A stretch of 28,869 nucleotides of DNA from Tubiluchus corallicola (lineage: Eukaryota; Animalia; Priapulida), in the NCBI GenBank assembly GCA_030141605.1, contig JAQGDQ010001697.1:1-28869 (forward strand), given 5' to 3'. Positions 1 to 10,064 of the stretch are shown one piece after another. The number at the start of each line of letters is the position of its first letter. Position 1 is the stretch's first letter. Below the pieces are notes generated by a model. It saw only the letters and a program-made list of their open reading frames with translations, was not told where the DNA came from and did not search any database. The position numbers were made by a program, and so were the translations under genes.

Positions 1-385
1 CGTAGCTTCAATCTACAGGACTGCACTTGAAATCTGTAAGTAATTAACATTAATTGTGTAAATAATTAATTTACAGATTTTTGTCGACTTTTAGATACGC
101 ATGTAAACTTGCCAGCACGTAGTATGTACCGGGCTGATGACTTAGTTTATAGAATTCGCTCTGCAAGTTAAAAAAGATTCTGTAGCACCTGGTAGGTTAA
201 AGTGTTTATTTTACATGGAAACGTGATGACGTCATTTTTTATCTAAAATCAACGCCCCCAAGCGTAAAGAATCACGACTTTAAATTGATTTCACTAATTA
301 CACGAGACGCTTATCAAAATTTTATTGCTGAAACTTTCTAGCATATGAAGATAAGTTCAACATCCCGAGAGACTTGACTTTTCCT
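1..385. mobile_element. Possible end of another TTAA-target DNA transposon/MITE
   Basis: Ends ...gacttttCCT|TTAA (383-389), the same terminal signature. The other end is not visible in the window. Confidence 0.3.
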
Positions 386-663
386 TTAAATATTTAGACC
401 AACTGACAGGTAAATTGGCGAATCAGAAACACGTAAATATTAGAGTGAAAGTTTTATATGAACTCCATTACTAAATACCGTTATTGACAACAATGTTGAA
501 ACCGTGTCAGTATTTTACTATGTCAAATTATACGTACTCGTAATATGCAAGTCTCTATAGCCTTATTTTCCTTGAACGTTTTTACAAGAGTAAATTACTA
601 AATACCGCTAATGCCTACAGGGTTGTAAACGTGTCAAAGTCTCCCCGCTCAAGAGAAGAAAGA

Positions 664-688
664 ATATATATATATATATATATATATA
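664..688. repeat. (TA)n microsatellite
   Basis: Direct reading. Confidence 0.95.
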
Positions 689-924
689 GCACGTCAACTT
701 ACTAATAGACTACTCTATTCAGCGGTAAATTCAGAAAGGTAAAAATAAACTTATTAATACGGTAATGCGGTCAAGACACGGTTCTCTTAAACAATTTTCA
801 AGCAAATCGGACTAATGCCATAATAAAAAAAATTAAACTCATTTGGCACCACATTTGCGGGAGGGGGGGGGAGTTGCTGTAATTATAATGTTTAAACTCT
901 GTAAAAAATTGTTTACTGTTAGGT

Positions 925-1465
925 TTGAACTAGTTTCCTTTAAAGCAAAACCGAACCTAATCTTAAACTCTACGTCAAAGCAATCTACTCTTCAAAATAG
1001 TGAAATGAAACAGACTATTTTTTTCAGGAATGACTTATGTGAAAGAATTATTACCACACAAACACAATTTCACGTTCACGCCACTAGTTCTTCACTGTTA
1101 CATGCATTTTCCTATTTGCTAGTTAGACTGGCACTAGCGTCTGCATTTCGGAAACGCATTGCAAAAGAGTACCTCTCAATTTAGATGTGTTAGTTTGAGA
1201 CGTACTGCATACATTGGAAAGCTCATACGTGAATATCTTACAGTAGCACTGTACTTAAATTTTCGCTTTCGCAAACACGTGTAACACGCTCGTGGAATAT
1301 TTTTGCTCTTGAAAATTATGTTAGTTTGTGATGTCACAAGAAGTTGGTCTCGCCAGGAGTAAATTGAGATTTTAATCTATTAGAAACGCTTTTCCAGTAT
1401 TATTGGTGTTAAAATGTATCAGGCTTGAAAATGGGGAAGCTGATGAAAAATCATCCTGTCTTTCC
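925..1465 (+). mobile_element. Second diverged copy of the same element
   Basis: Shared blocks, e.g. cacaatttcacgttca..gccactagttct, cagtagcactgtactt, cttgaaaatgggg, atgaaaaatcatcctgtctt, ending in TTAA at 1466-1469. Left boundary approximate. Confidence 0.75.
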
Positions 1466-2211
1466 TTAAATTTTAAGATGATTGAAAATGAACAAGGTGA
1501 GACGGTGACAGTTGAAAAGCTCAGCCCACAAACTGAATGTAAAAGAAATAAAGATTTTAATCGCATTATTTTCATGATTGTTTTTCATCACAAGCAGGTT
1601 TGATTTGCATGTAAATGCTACTGTAATAAATAAATGCCCATCACGTGACTTAATATTTCAATAATAAACAACAATAAGCTCAGAAAACCGAACAATCATG
1701 AATAAAAATGATCAGAAAATAAATTTAACAAACTGTTACTACTACTACTGGCTGCATTTGTTTACATTTTACTAGAAGACAAAGACGTTTTAATTAATTA
1801 CTTTTAGCAGATAACAAAAAGTGAAAACGTGGACTAGTTTGTGTGATAGACAGATGAGCAATTTTTTAAGTAGAACAAAAATAGATTTGTTTTCTATACA
1901 CGTCAAACAGCTTTGCCCTGGGGAAAAATTCGTGTTTTCTTTTAAACTGTCTTACGTTCAATAACACCTTCCACGCTTGTCACAGTTCTGCAATGAAGAA
2001 CGCAATGATTAATGAAGCCTAGCTTTCCAATGTGTCGCTAAAATCTTCTTTTGTCTACGGAGTTAGTAGGACGATCATCTGGGTCACTAACCCCTGAAAT
2101 TTGTTATTTAAACTTTGCTGATGTATTAATTAGCTACTATTTGAGCCACTTACACGTGTGTCTATACAGTGCTTTTATTAATATTAGACAATTGTTTTAT
2201 TAAAATTTACA

Positions 2212-2232
2212 ATGAAAATGCAAGCCATATTG
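2212..2232 (+). CDS. Gene A coding exon 1 of 7 (MKMQAIL, start of signal peptide); secreted pentraxin-like protein
   Basis: acaATG AAA ATG CAA GCC ATA TTG followed by a perfect donor GTAAGT at 2233. Phase 0 joins the 3492 exon to give MKMQAILVLTVVVAFATSDG, a typical signal peptide. Confidence 0.75.
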
Positions 2233-2556
2233 GTAAGTATAATATACAATCTATTTTAAGTAATAATAGTACAATAAGTAAAAAAATTCTTTATGTTAAA
2301 AGTACTTGTTTTGCATCTTGCACAGTGAACTTTAGAGTTTGTATGAAGGATTCGGACCATTTTGTTATAACATATACTAGGCAAGTTTGACAGCTTGATT
2401 CGTTATTAATTTGCAAACTTTGTTCTTAATTTAATTTCAAAGATTAAATGACGTCAAATATGAAGTTCATTTTGGACGTTGAATTTTCATTTTGCTTACG
2501 TCACGCACAACTTACGATTTTTGTCGCTTTGAATTTTGATTAGTCAAATGAAACCT

Positions 2557-2603
2557 CGTTCCAGGATGATTAAACAAACCCCGTTCCAGGATGATTAAAC
2601 AAA
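2557..2603. repeat. 25-bp tandem duplication
   Basis: CGTTCCAGGATGATTAAACAAA at 2557 and 2582. Confidence 0.9.
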
Positions 2604-2824
2604 TTCGTTTATATGATAATGTAAATCGATATTGTAATTAAATGCAAAACATGCAGAAAGTGTTGCTTGGTTTTTGTAAAGTTCCTTTATACTTTCACAC
2701 TGAAATAGTTTGTATTTATTTTGCGTACTTAACTTGTCTTGTACTTTCATAAGTGAAAAAGTCATTATTCAGGATACAGAGGGTTCAGGCTTAGTGAGTT
2801 TTCATGCCAAGTAACTCGTCAAGT

Positions 2825-2915
2825 AACTCACAAGCGTGGACTCACAGTAACTGTCGCAGAGTTTGCAATAACTTGCCGACAGTAACTCACACAGTAGTTC
2901 ACACGCTTGCGAGTT
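2825..2915. repeat. Imperfect ~90-bp palindrome (MITE-like hairpin) in gene A intron 1
   Basis: AACTCACAAGCGTG...CACGCTTGCGAGTT outer arms, ACTGTCG...CGACAGT inner arms, centred on TTGCAA. Confidence 0.65.
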
Positions 2916-3069
2916 TGCTGTTAGAAAGAAAGGCTAGTCTAAACGCGTCGTAAATACGCCAAGTAAATAAATTTCATTTCTAGACAAATTTATTTTCCAT
3001 CACACACAGACAATAATCAAAAACAAGTGTTGATATAAAAATCATGTACTATAAAACAATCATTAAATC

Positions 3070-3195
3070 TGCATGTACTTGTGTGTTTTATATTGTACTA
3101 ACCATGTACCATGAATTTTGTACTTTCAGTGTATTTGCATGTACTTGTGCGTTTTATATTGTACTAACCATGTACCATGAATTTTGTACTTTTAG
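3070..3195. repeat. 66-bp tandem duplication
   Basis: TGCATGTACTTGTG...GAATTTTGTACTTT at 3070 and 3136. Confidence 0.92.
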
Positions 3196-3491
3196 CTGTA
3201 ATTTCACTTTCTATACACTGCCGATATATTTAACGATGTTTTTATGGACATAAAATTCTCATAACTTCAGTTCATAGTTCAGTTCATAGTTGTATTATCA
3301 ATAAAAAAATAAAAATAAAATAAAATAGATGTCTTTATGTTTCTTTGTTAAAGTAAATGAAATTCTTGTAACTATATTTTGTAAAATGTGTAATTGTACT
3401 TGTAATATTATAATCACATTATAATTTATTTCACTTGCAATTTATTCATTTTAGTTAATTTTCGCTTTCTACAAAATTATGAATTTTTCAG

Positions 3492-3597
3492 GTTCTGACA
3501 GTTGTGGTGGCATTTGCGACCAGTGATGGTCAATACTCGGTCAATTTAGGAAATCTTGCTTCGAATGTTCGCAAAGCTGAAAAGGCTTTAGAAAACG
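3492..3597 (+). CDS. Gene A coding exon 2 (VLTVVVAFATSDGQYSVNLGNLASNVRKAEKALEN)
   Basis: Acceptor tttttcAG at 3490-3491, donor GTAAGA at 3598. 106 nt, phase 0 to 1, compatible with both neighbours. Confidence 0.8.
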
Positions 3598-4127
3598 GTA
3601 AGAAAAACTATCTTAATGAGCCAGGCCCTAATCGATTAGAGACAGGGAGAGAGGGAGGGAGATACCTACTCCCCCCTCCCCCATGAAGCGTTTCCTCCAA
3701 TATTAGAAAGAAATTTATGTGCTTACTGACTAAAATAGAAGATATTCTTTCGCAGTAAACAACTTGTATTGCACGCTTCTGCTAAACAGTGGTATAACAA
3801 TTCTAATGACCCCAGTTCGGGCGAGCCATTAGTCAAAGGGTTGTCTGTTGTACAAAAGCACCCTACGACCTGTGGAGAGACAGTTGGGTGAATAGTGGGT
3901 CCATGTGTTGAGATTTCACTAAATCATCAAAGGTGAATTACATCCTACGATGCTTCATAGTGTAATAATTAGAGCCTTCACGTCTGCCATAATTAGGCTT
4001 CCCAGATGTACGCCTAGGTGTATAATTGCTTTATTAAAGGTGGGTTGGATAGTTACTGGACAGCCCTGTGGAATGTACCCCACCTGCATCAAAAATAGTG
4101 CATGGAATAAGATGTTGTGAGGATTAA

Positions 4128-4887
4128 AGGAAGACAGGATGATTTTTCATATACAACCCCATTTTCAAGTCCGATAAAAAGTTTAGATTTTAACACAATT
4201 AATACTGCAAAAGAGTTTCTGATAATTAAATAATAAATTGAAATCTTACTTAACGACGAGAGAGCCAGCTAATGACGTCACAAACGAACACAATTTTTAA
4301 AACCATAAACATTCCACGAGCGCATTGCACTTGTTTGCGAAAGTGAAAATTGAAGTACAGTGCTACTGCACAACATTCAGTCTGATTTACAAAAACTAGG
4401 TAAGTTTTAAGATAAAAATTCAAATTTCAAATTTACCGCTGTACTCACGCACGAGTTCTCGAACGTGTGTAGTTCGTCACAAACTAACACATCTGAACTT
4501 GAAGGTACAGCACCCGTTTTTTGTGCAATGCTTTTCCGACATGCAGGCGGTAGTGCCCTAACTAACGAATGGCGAAATACATGTACAAGCAAAGAACTAG
4601 TGGCAATGAACGTGAAATTGTGTATATAACTTAACAACTCTTTTGCGTGTCATTCTTGAAAAAATAGAATGTTTCATTTCAATATTTTACAGAGTAGTTT
4701 GTTTTGACCTGCAGTTTAAGACTTGGTCCGGTTTTGCTGTAAGCAAGGTAGCTTAGACATTGGTTTTTCTATGCTAAGTTTCAGAGTTCACTGATCAAAG
4801 TTTTGCTGTAAGCAATGTACCTTAGACAGGTTTTTCTATGCTAAGTTTCAGAGTTCACTGATCAAGGTTTTGCAAAAGATGTCCCAT
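4128..4887 (-). mobile_element. Non-autonomous DNA transposon, Kolobok/T2-MITE-like; most complete copy (gene A intron 2)
   Basis: Reverse-complement homology to 925-1465 and 16731-17038. Left end TTAA|AGGAAGACA (TTAA 4124-4127), putative degenerate right end TGTCCCAT|TTAA (4888-4891). TTAA target plus AGG terminus is the Kolobok/T2 hallmark. Strand is relative to the other copies. Confidence 0.65.
4732..4873. repeat. ~68-bp tandem duplication inside the Kolobok-like copy
   Basis: TTTTGCTGTAAGCAA...CAGAGTTCACTGATCAA occurs twice. Confidence 0.9.
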
Positions 4888-5107
4888 TTAAATTTTTATA
4901 TATTTTTCTAATATATAATCTACATTGATCCGAATATGTAAACATTGTATAGGTATGTCGAAATACTCATTAATAAGCATAATGTGATTAAATAATACTG
5001 AAAAATATAAACTGTGATTATTAGCAACACCATCAAGATGATTATTTTATTAATTAAAATTACATCACAACAGATTCTGACATTTTATTTTGATATCTTT
5101 TTTACAG

Positions 5108-5229
5108 AGCTTGTACCATGTCCTCAAGGTTTTGACCTCAGCTGGCCATCGACTGAGTTGCCCCCCTTAGCAGTTGTTTCTACAGTAACCGGTGAACCAG
5201 TATCGTTACCCGAATTCACTTGGTGTATG
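5108..5229 (+). CDS. Gene A coding exon 3 (ELVPCPQGFDLSWPSTE...SLPEFTWCM), start of pentraxin-like domain
   Basis: Acceptor tttttacAG, donor GTGAGT at 5230. 122 nt, phase 1 to 0. Splicing to the next exon gives LPEFTWCMWLK, matching the pentraxin LxxFTxCxW motif. Confidence 0.9.
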
Positions 5230-5302
5230 GTGAGTATGAACAGCCAACGATGTTTTAATTCTTTGTGCATCTCATTTCTCGAGTTAAAAATGTGTTAGAC
5301 GT

Positions 5303-5700
5303 TTTTTAATTGTCAAATACAGACTTACAAATAACTGGAACTTATTAAGAAAAGAAAGTTTATCTATATACACTAATAAGCCTTCTCTTAATGTACAAAG
5401 GAGTTCAATTCCTATAAGTTCATTTTCAAACACCTAGTTACTTATTACTGTATCAATTTCTTTACTGGTCTGTTTATTCGTTACCTATTTGACTTCTGTT
5501 AACTACTTAATTAGTGCATAATAGGCTCTTCATATATGAACTGGTTGTATGCCTTTAAATTTGCCACTGATGATGAGAGCAGCTAGTCGAAACGTTTGGC
5601 ACAATTTTAATTTTTTAATGTGAAAATTTTAATAAACTTTTCGTTTTTGACTATAAATGTTTTTAATTTCCTGTAATAAAAATACAGAATCAGTTTAATC
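5303..5700 (+). mobile_element. Penelope-like retroelement 3' fragment (GIY-YIG C-terminus plus pLTR) in gene A intron 3
   Basis: Frame 5303-5437 reads ...NNWNLLRKESLSIYTNKPSLNVQRSSIPI.., resembling the PLE GIY-YIG tail KESxxIxxxKPxLN. A hammerhead core (5562-5601) and T-rich AATAAA stretch follow. Confidence 0.7.
5562..5601 (+). ncRNA. Minimal type I hammerhead ribozyme motif (Penelope-type), stem II degenerate
   Basis: TGCCA-CTGATGA-tgagagcagctagtc-GAAAC-gtt-TGGCA: helix I TGCCA/TGGCA, core boxes CUGAUGA and GAAA, palindromic AACGTT in place of helix III. Confidence 0.65.
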
Positions 5701-6007
5701 GATTATAAGGTTTGAAATCAGAAAAAAGTCGATTCACGATCCAGATATCAATCAAGCTAAAATCAGCTGTCAAAAGTGAGATTGCGTCTGCAACAACGCA
5801 TTATTTTCGTTTTTTAAATGATGAAGAAGAAGAAGTATTTATACTTTTATAAATGTCTTTATTTCGAACAAAAGATGTTAGACGTGAAGATAAAGCTGTT
5901 AGCGAAGTGACAATTTTTTCTTAGACTTTTAATCAACAAACAAACAAACAAATATAATATTTCTGTAGGTATATAATTAAGATTTTTGATTTATCCACGT
6001 CTACACA

Positions 6008-6216
6008 TTATTTATGTATTATTACTATTATTATTATTATTAATATTATTATTAATATTAATATTATCATTATCATTATCAATCATTATCATTATCATTA
6101 TCATTATCATTATCATTATCATTATCATTATCATTATCATTATCATTATCATTATCATTATCATTATCATTATCATTATCATTATCATTATCATTATCAT
6201 TATCATTATCATTATC

Positions 6217-6248
<32 letters not shown>

Positions 6249-6249
6249 A
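6008..6249. repeat. (ATT)n / (ATCATT)n microsatellite
   Basis: Direct reading; explains the poly-Ile and (IM)n ORFs. Confidence 0.97.
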
Positions 6250-6325
6250 GTATTTAATGTCACTGAATCAGAATCTTACAATTTTTGATAAAGTCAGAAA
6301 CGTATACTTTTTTTTGTTTTCGTAG

Positions 6326-6444
6326 TGGTTGAAACCTGATCTTCCTACCGATCCAGATGACCTGCAGATGTCTGTTTCGGCAGGTGACATAAGTCTTGCC
6401 ATCGCAGGCGGCAATTTGTTGTTCTTTGTAGCTGGTACTTTCAT
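6326..6444 (+). CDS. Gene A coding exon 4 (WLKPDLPTDPDDLQMSVSAGDISLAIAGGNLLFFVAGTF); not in the ORF track
   Basis: Poly-T tract plus cgtAG ending at 6325, donor GTAAGC at 6445. 119 nt open, phase 0 to 2. Confidence 0.9.
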
Positions 6445-6580
6445 GTAAGCAAATTTAAATTGTAGCTGCGCTCATGTGTAGATCCAGCTTCTCATAACTC
6501 TCGTTGGGCAATTTCACATGTAGCACTGCTATAGAACGCAGATCATGCACATGTCTATAAAAGAAGTTTTTCAGGGGGGC

Positions 6581-6680
6581 GATTGACTGACTGATTGACT
6601 TACTGACTCACTGACCACCTGACTGACTCATTGGCCACCAGGCTGACTGGCTTATAACTGAGTCTGACTAACTGAATTAA

Positions 6681-6747
<67 letters not shown>

Positions 6748-6776
6748 GCTGTTGTTGTTGTTGTCGTTGTTATTAT
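6581..6776. repeat. Degenerate (GACT)n followed by (ATT)n/(GTT)n microsatellites
   Basis: Direct reading. Confidence 0.9.
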
Positions 6777-6869
6777 TTCCTATAAGCAAAAACCATGCTG
6801 AATGTTCATGCATAAAATGCTTTTGTGGGGATTGGCTAGTTGTTTTATAATTATTTGTATGATTTACAG

Positions 6870-6982
6870 AGAAATAGATGAATTTACAAGTCAATTTCTG
6901 AGTGACGACATGTGGCACAATTTGTGCATGACTTGGAAATCCGGGGGAAACATGAAGGTTTATTTAGATGGGGACGAGTTAG
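6870..6982 (+). CDS. Gene A coding exon 5 (EIDEFTSQFLSDDMWHNLCMTWKSGGNMKVYLDGDEL), pentraxin/LamG core
   Basis: Acceptor tttacAG ending at 6869, donor GTAAGT at 6983. 113 nt, phase 2 to 1. DxxWHxxCxTWxSxxGxxxVYxDG is the pentraxin core pattern. Confidence 0.92.
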
Positions 6983-7565
6983 GTAAGTGATGAGAAAAAC
7001 AAGTGAACGTGCTATTTCTTCAACATGTTTGAGCATGAGTAAACAACACAGTTTAGACAATATGGCGGACATCCTTAATTTTTGAAATTGATTTAATCAA
7101 AAGTGCGAGACAGCAAGCCTAGTGCTGAAATTTTGCCCCAAGTTCAAACACCCAATCTTCGTTTCTCACCCAAAATAAACACGAAATTACTCGTATTGCA
7201 TCTTTCTACTGGGCCCTATTGTTTAGGTGAAGAAAAAATCTAAGAACAGATGATTAAAATATGAAATAAAATTAGATGATATTTACAATGAGATGATTAA
7301 GCAGATTATAACACAATAACAGTTTTTGGTTAACTGCGTACAGGGGGCGTTTCAACACTTTACGATGCTCTAGGCTTATGGTTCAATCCCGCCCATCTCT
7401 AATGTGAATTTATGGTTGCTTATGTAATGGGGAGATTAAACAATTATTTGTGGTGTATTAGAAAGACTTTTAACCTAGTTTCAATATGATCTTTATTAAT
7501 TACAATGTGACAAACGTACAGACTAGAAACTACATTATAGATTAGACGTTTTAACACAACGTGGG

Positions 7566-7826
7566 TATGACAATAGACCTTACCTAGTTATGACAATAGA
7601 AAATACCTAATTATGACAATAGACATACCTCGTTATGACAATAGACAATACCTAATTACTGACAATAGATAATGCGTAATTATGACAATAAACCTTGCAT
7701 AGTTATGACAATAGACGTTACATAGTTATCACAATAGACCTTACATAGTTGACAATAAACCATACCTCATTATGACAATGGACCATACCTAGTTATGACA
7801 ATAGACAATGCCCGGTTATGGCAACA
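7566..7826. repeat. ~23-bp minisatellite, about 12 diverged units (TATGACAATAGACnnTACCTAGT)
   Basis: GACAATA recurs at 21-24 bp spacing. Confidence 0.92.
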
Positions 7827-8058
7827 GTATTTTTAATTGTAAATTCATTTTATTGTGCAGCACTATTGCTCACAGTTGTGGAACACTGATTATATTATCA
7901 ATTTTTCAATGTGTAGTTTACCGTTCAATGATTTGCAAGTTTTTTTAACAATATAGAACTTTATTACGTTACTATTATGTATATTGCCCATGTACTACGA
8001 CGGTATTTGGGTAAATAAACTGAATTGAATTGTACTAATCGGTCCTACTGGTTTGTAG

Positions 8059-8181
8059 GTAGCGAGGCTGCCTCCACTGGTGACATTGATATCAAAGTTA
8101 TTACGATTTCACCGGACAGTTACACCGGACTCATGACCGACGTGTTCATATCCTCAACAGAGGGAACCACTGATACGATAG
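8059..8181 (+). CDS. Gene A coding exon 6 (GSEAASTGDIDIKVITISPDSYTGLMTDVFISSTEGTTDTI); not in the ORF track
   Basis: Acceptor tttgtAG ending at 8058, donor GTAATA at 8182. 123 nt open, phase 1 to 1. SYTGLMTDVFI aligns with the pentraxin/LamG SFxGxLxxVxxW strand. Confidence 0.85.
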
Positions 8182-9140
8182 GTAATAAAACATTAAATTG
8201 AATTAACCTGTACGATTTTGTCGTCATTGTTATGGCGCGTTCATACCAGCCAGTTTTCTCCCTGACAAGAAAGCACGCTATAGATCAATCAATCAATCAA
8301 TCAAAACAAATAATAGTACAATTATGTCAATACTGTTCAAGACATAAAATAAATTATATCATTACACAAGCACAAGAGTGAAAATTAAAATTGTCAGAAT
8401 TAAAACGAGGTTCTTTTGTAAAGAAAATTGTAAATTATTAATTGTAAATCATTAATATTTTTATTTATTTTTTAGCATTGAAAACGAAACGATGGTCTGC
8501 ACTGATAAACAACATCTTAATATTGGAAGAATAATTTTCTTTATTTCTTTGTTCTTCTGTTTTTATATAAACTTTTTTCTTGATTTTTTTTATTACACAG
8601 AACCGGAAAAAGCGAGTACGAAAAGCAAAAAGCGATACATCATTATATGCAGGGACATTGTACCTGCTCGTGTTTTAAACTGTGATAAACTGAGAAACAA
8701 TTATTTACAATACCGTCAATTATAGCTTACGTAGTTATCAGATAGTAAACAAGCAACATTGACAACAATACAAACAAACAAACAAACAAATACCAATCAT
8801 CTATGGGATCTAACATAATTTATGTATGCGGTCTAAAACGGGGGGGGGGTAATGCTTGTGTGCTCTAGCACAGTATCCTACGTATTATAGACTTTTACAA
8901 CATTCGACATCCATATATGCATAAAAACAGGTAAGATACAAAATTAAGATAACCTAGGCTGGAGAGTTTAGATTTCAAACCAAAATTAAAACTTGATCTT
9001 CGTTTATAGTTTTTTCAAGATGCAAATAGCCTTTTTGCAACGTTTTGTTTTCATTATTTTGTTTTTTTATAAAGTCTAATTATTTTTGCTATAACTCAAT
9101 AATGATTTACGATTAAAATGTTCATACATTTGTGTGTGTT

Positions 9141-9456
9141 ACACACACACACACGCACATGCACACGCACACACACAAACACACACACACACAAACACAC
9201 ACTCATGCGCACACACACAAACGCACACACATGCGTACACGCACAAACGCACACACATGCGTACATGCACATGCACACGCACATGCACACCCACACACGC
9301 ACACGCACACACACTCACACACAAACACACACACACACAAACACACGCACACACACAAACGCACACACATGCGCGCGCACACAAACACACACACATGCGT
9401 ACATGCACATGCACATGCACACCCACACACGCTCACGCACACGCACACGCACACGC

Positions 9457-9487
<31 letters not shown>

Positions 9488-9495
9488 TATGCACA
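9141..9495. repeat. Compound (CA)n/(CACGCA)n/(CATGCA)n microsatellite
   Basis: Direct reading; source of the His/Thr and Val/Cys pseudo-ORFs. Confidence 0.97.
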
Positions 9496-9607
9496 TTTGA
9501 AATTGTTTATTCTGAAACTGACATCGATTATAGTGAATTAGAGTTTAATTATTTTGGATTTGACGTTGTAATTCATCCAATAACAGTTTGTCTTCTTTTT
9601 CGTTTAG

Positions 9608-9912
9608 CAACTATAAGCATGACCTGCTTTAACCCGCCCGGAGACGTTGTGGCTTGGGACAGGGACAACATCGTAATAATGGGCAGTGTCACTTTTGAAC
9701 TCCCTTCCGCTTGCCCACTCGCTGGAGATGACCCGGACGCTGGAGATGACACGGAGATGTGTCTACCAGTTTCTTCCAGCAAGATTGTTGATGCCTTCAA
9801 AGCTTTGGCGGACTTGACTTTCGAGCTGAAGAAACTGATTGACAAACCAGTTAGACCTCCACCCCGCCGACGTCACCGCCCACGCCGCTATCGCCCCCAG
9901 CGCCAATACTGA
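9608..9912 (+). CDS. Gene A terminal coding exon 7 (ATISMTCFNPPGDVVAWD...RRYRPQRQY*)
   Basis: Pyrimidine tract plus tttAG ending at 9607, phase 1, stop TGA 9910-9912. MxCxxxxGDVVAW matches the pentraxin C-terminal MxxC...GNVIxW. Spliced total 909 nt = 302 aa plus stop. Confidence 0.9.
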
Positions 9913-9962
9913 AGTATTGTAGAGGGCCCTACACCTGACCCGACACAGGTGCCTCCGTAACA

Positions 9963-10060
9963 ATATTATTATTATTATTGTATTATTATTATATTATTAT
10001 AATTATATAATTATTATTATTATATTATTATTATATATTATTATTTTATTATTATTATTA
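9963..10060. repeat. (ATT)n-type microsatellite just after the gene A stop
   Basis: Direct reading. Confidence 0.9.
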
Positions 10061-10064
10061 TACA

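Noticed and set aside
843-1184. 113-aa ORF with similarity to ORFs at 4407-4637 and 16704-16904
   Set aside because: The similarity comes from the shared non-coding transposon family. Starts are non-ATG or arbitrary, and frames are not conserved between copies.
2343-2386. Alternative first exon ATGAAGGATTCG... with a GC donor
   Set aside because: Non-canonical donor, wrong phase for the 3492 exon and no signal-peptide character. The 2212 exon fits better.
3610-4120. Possible extra exon or structured RNA in GC-richer intron 2 sequence
   Set aside because: No convincing splice pair or recognisable RNA family. Probably decayed transposon sequence that I cannot classify.
5986-6288. Poly-Ile and (IM)n ORFs
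   Set aside because: ATT/ATCATT microsatellite.
7566-7826. Mini-CRISPR-like array of GACAATAGA
   Set aside because: The intervening segments are short and related to each other, as in an ordinary minisatellite.
9096-9607. His/Thr-rich or Val/Cys-rich proteins, including the N-terminal part of the 264-aa ORF
   Set aside because: Translation of a (CA)n microsatellite. Only 9608-9912 behaves as an exon.
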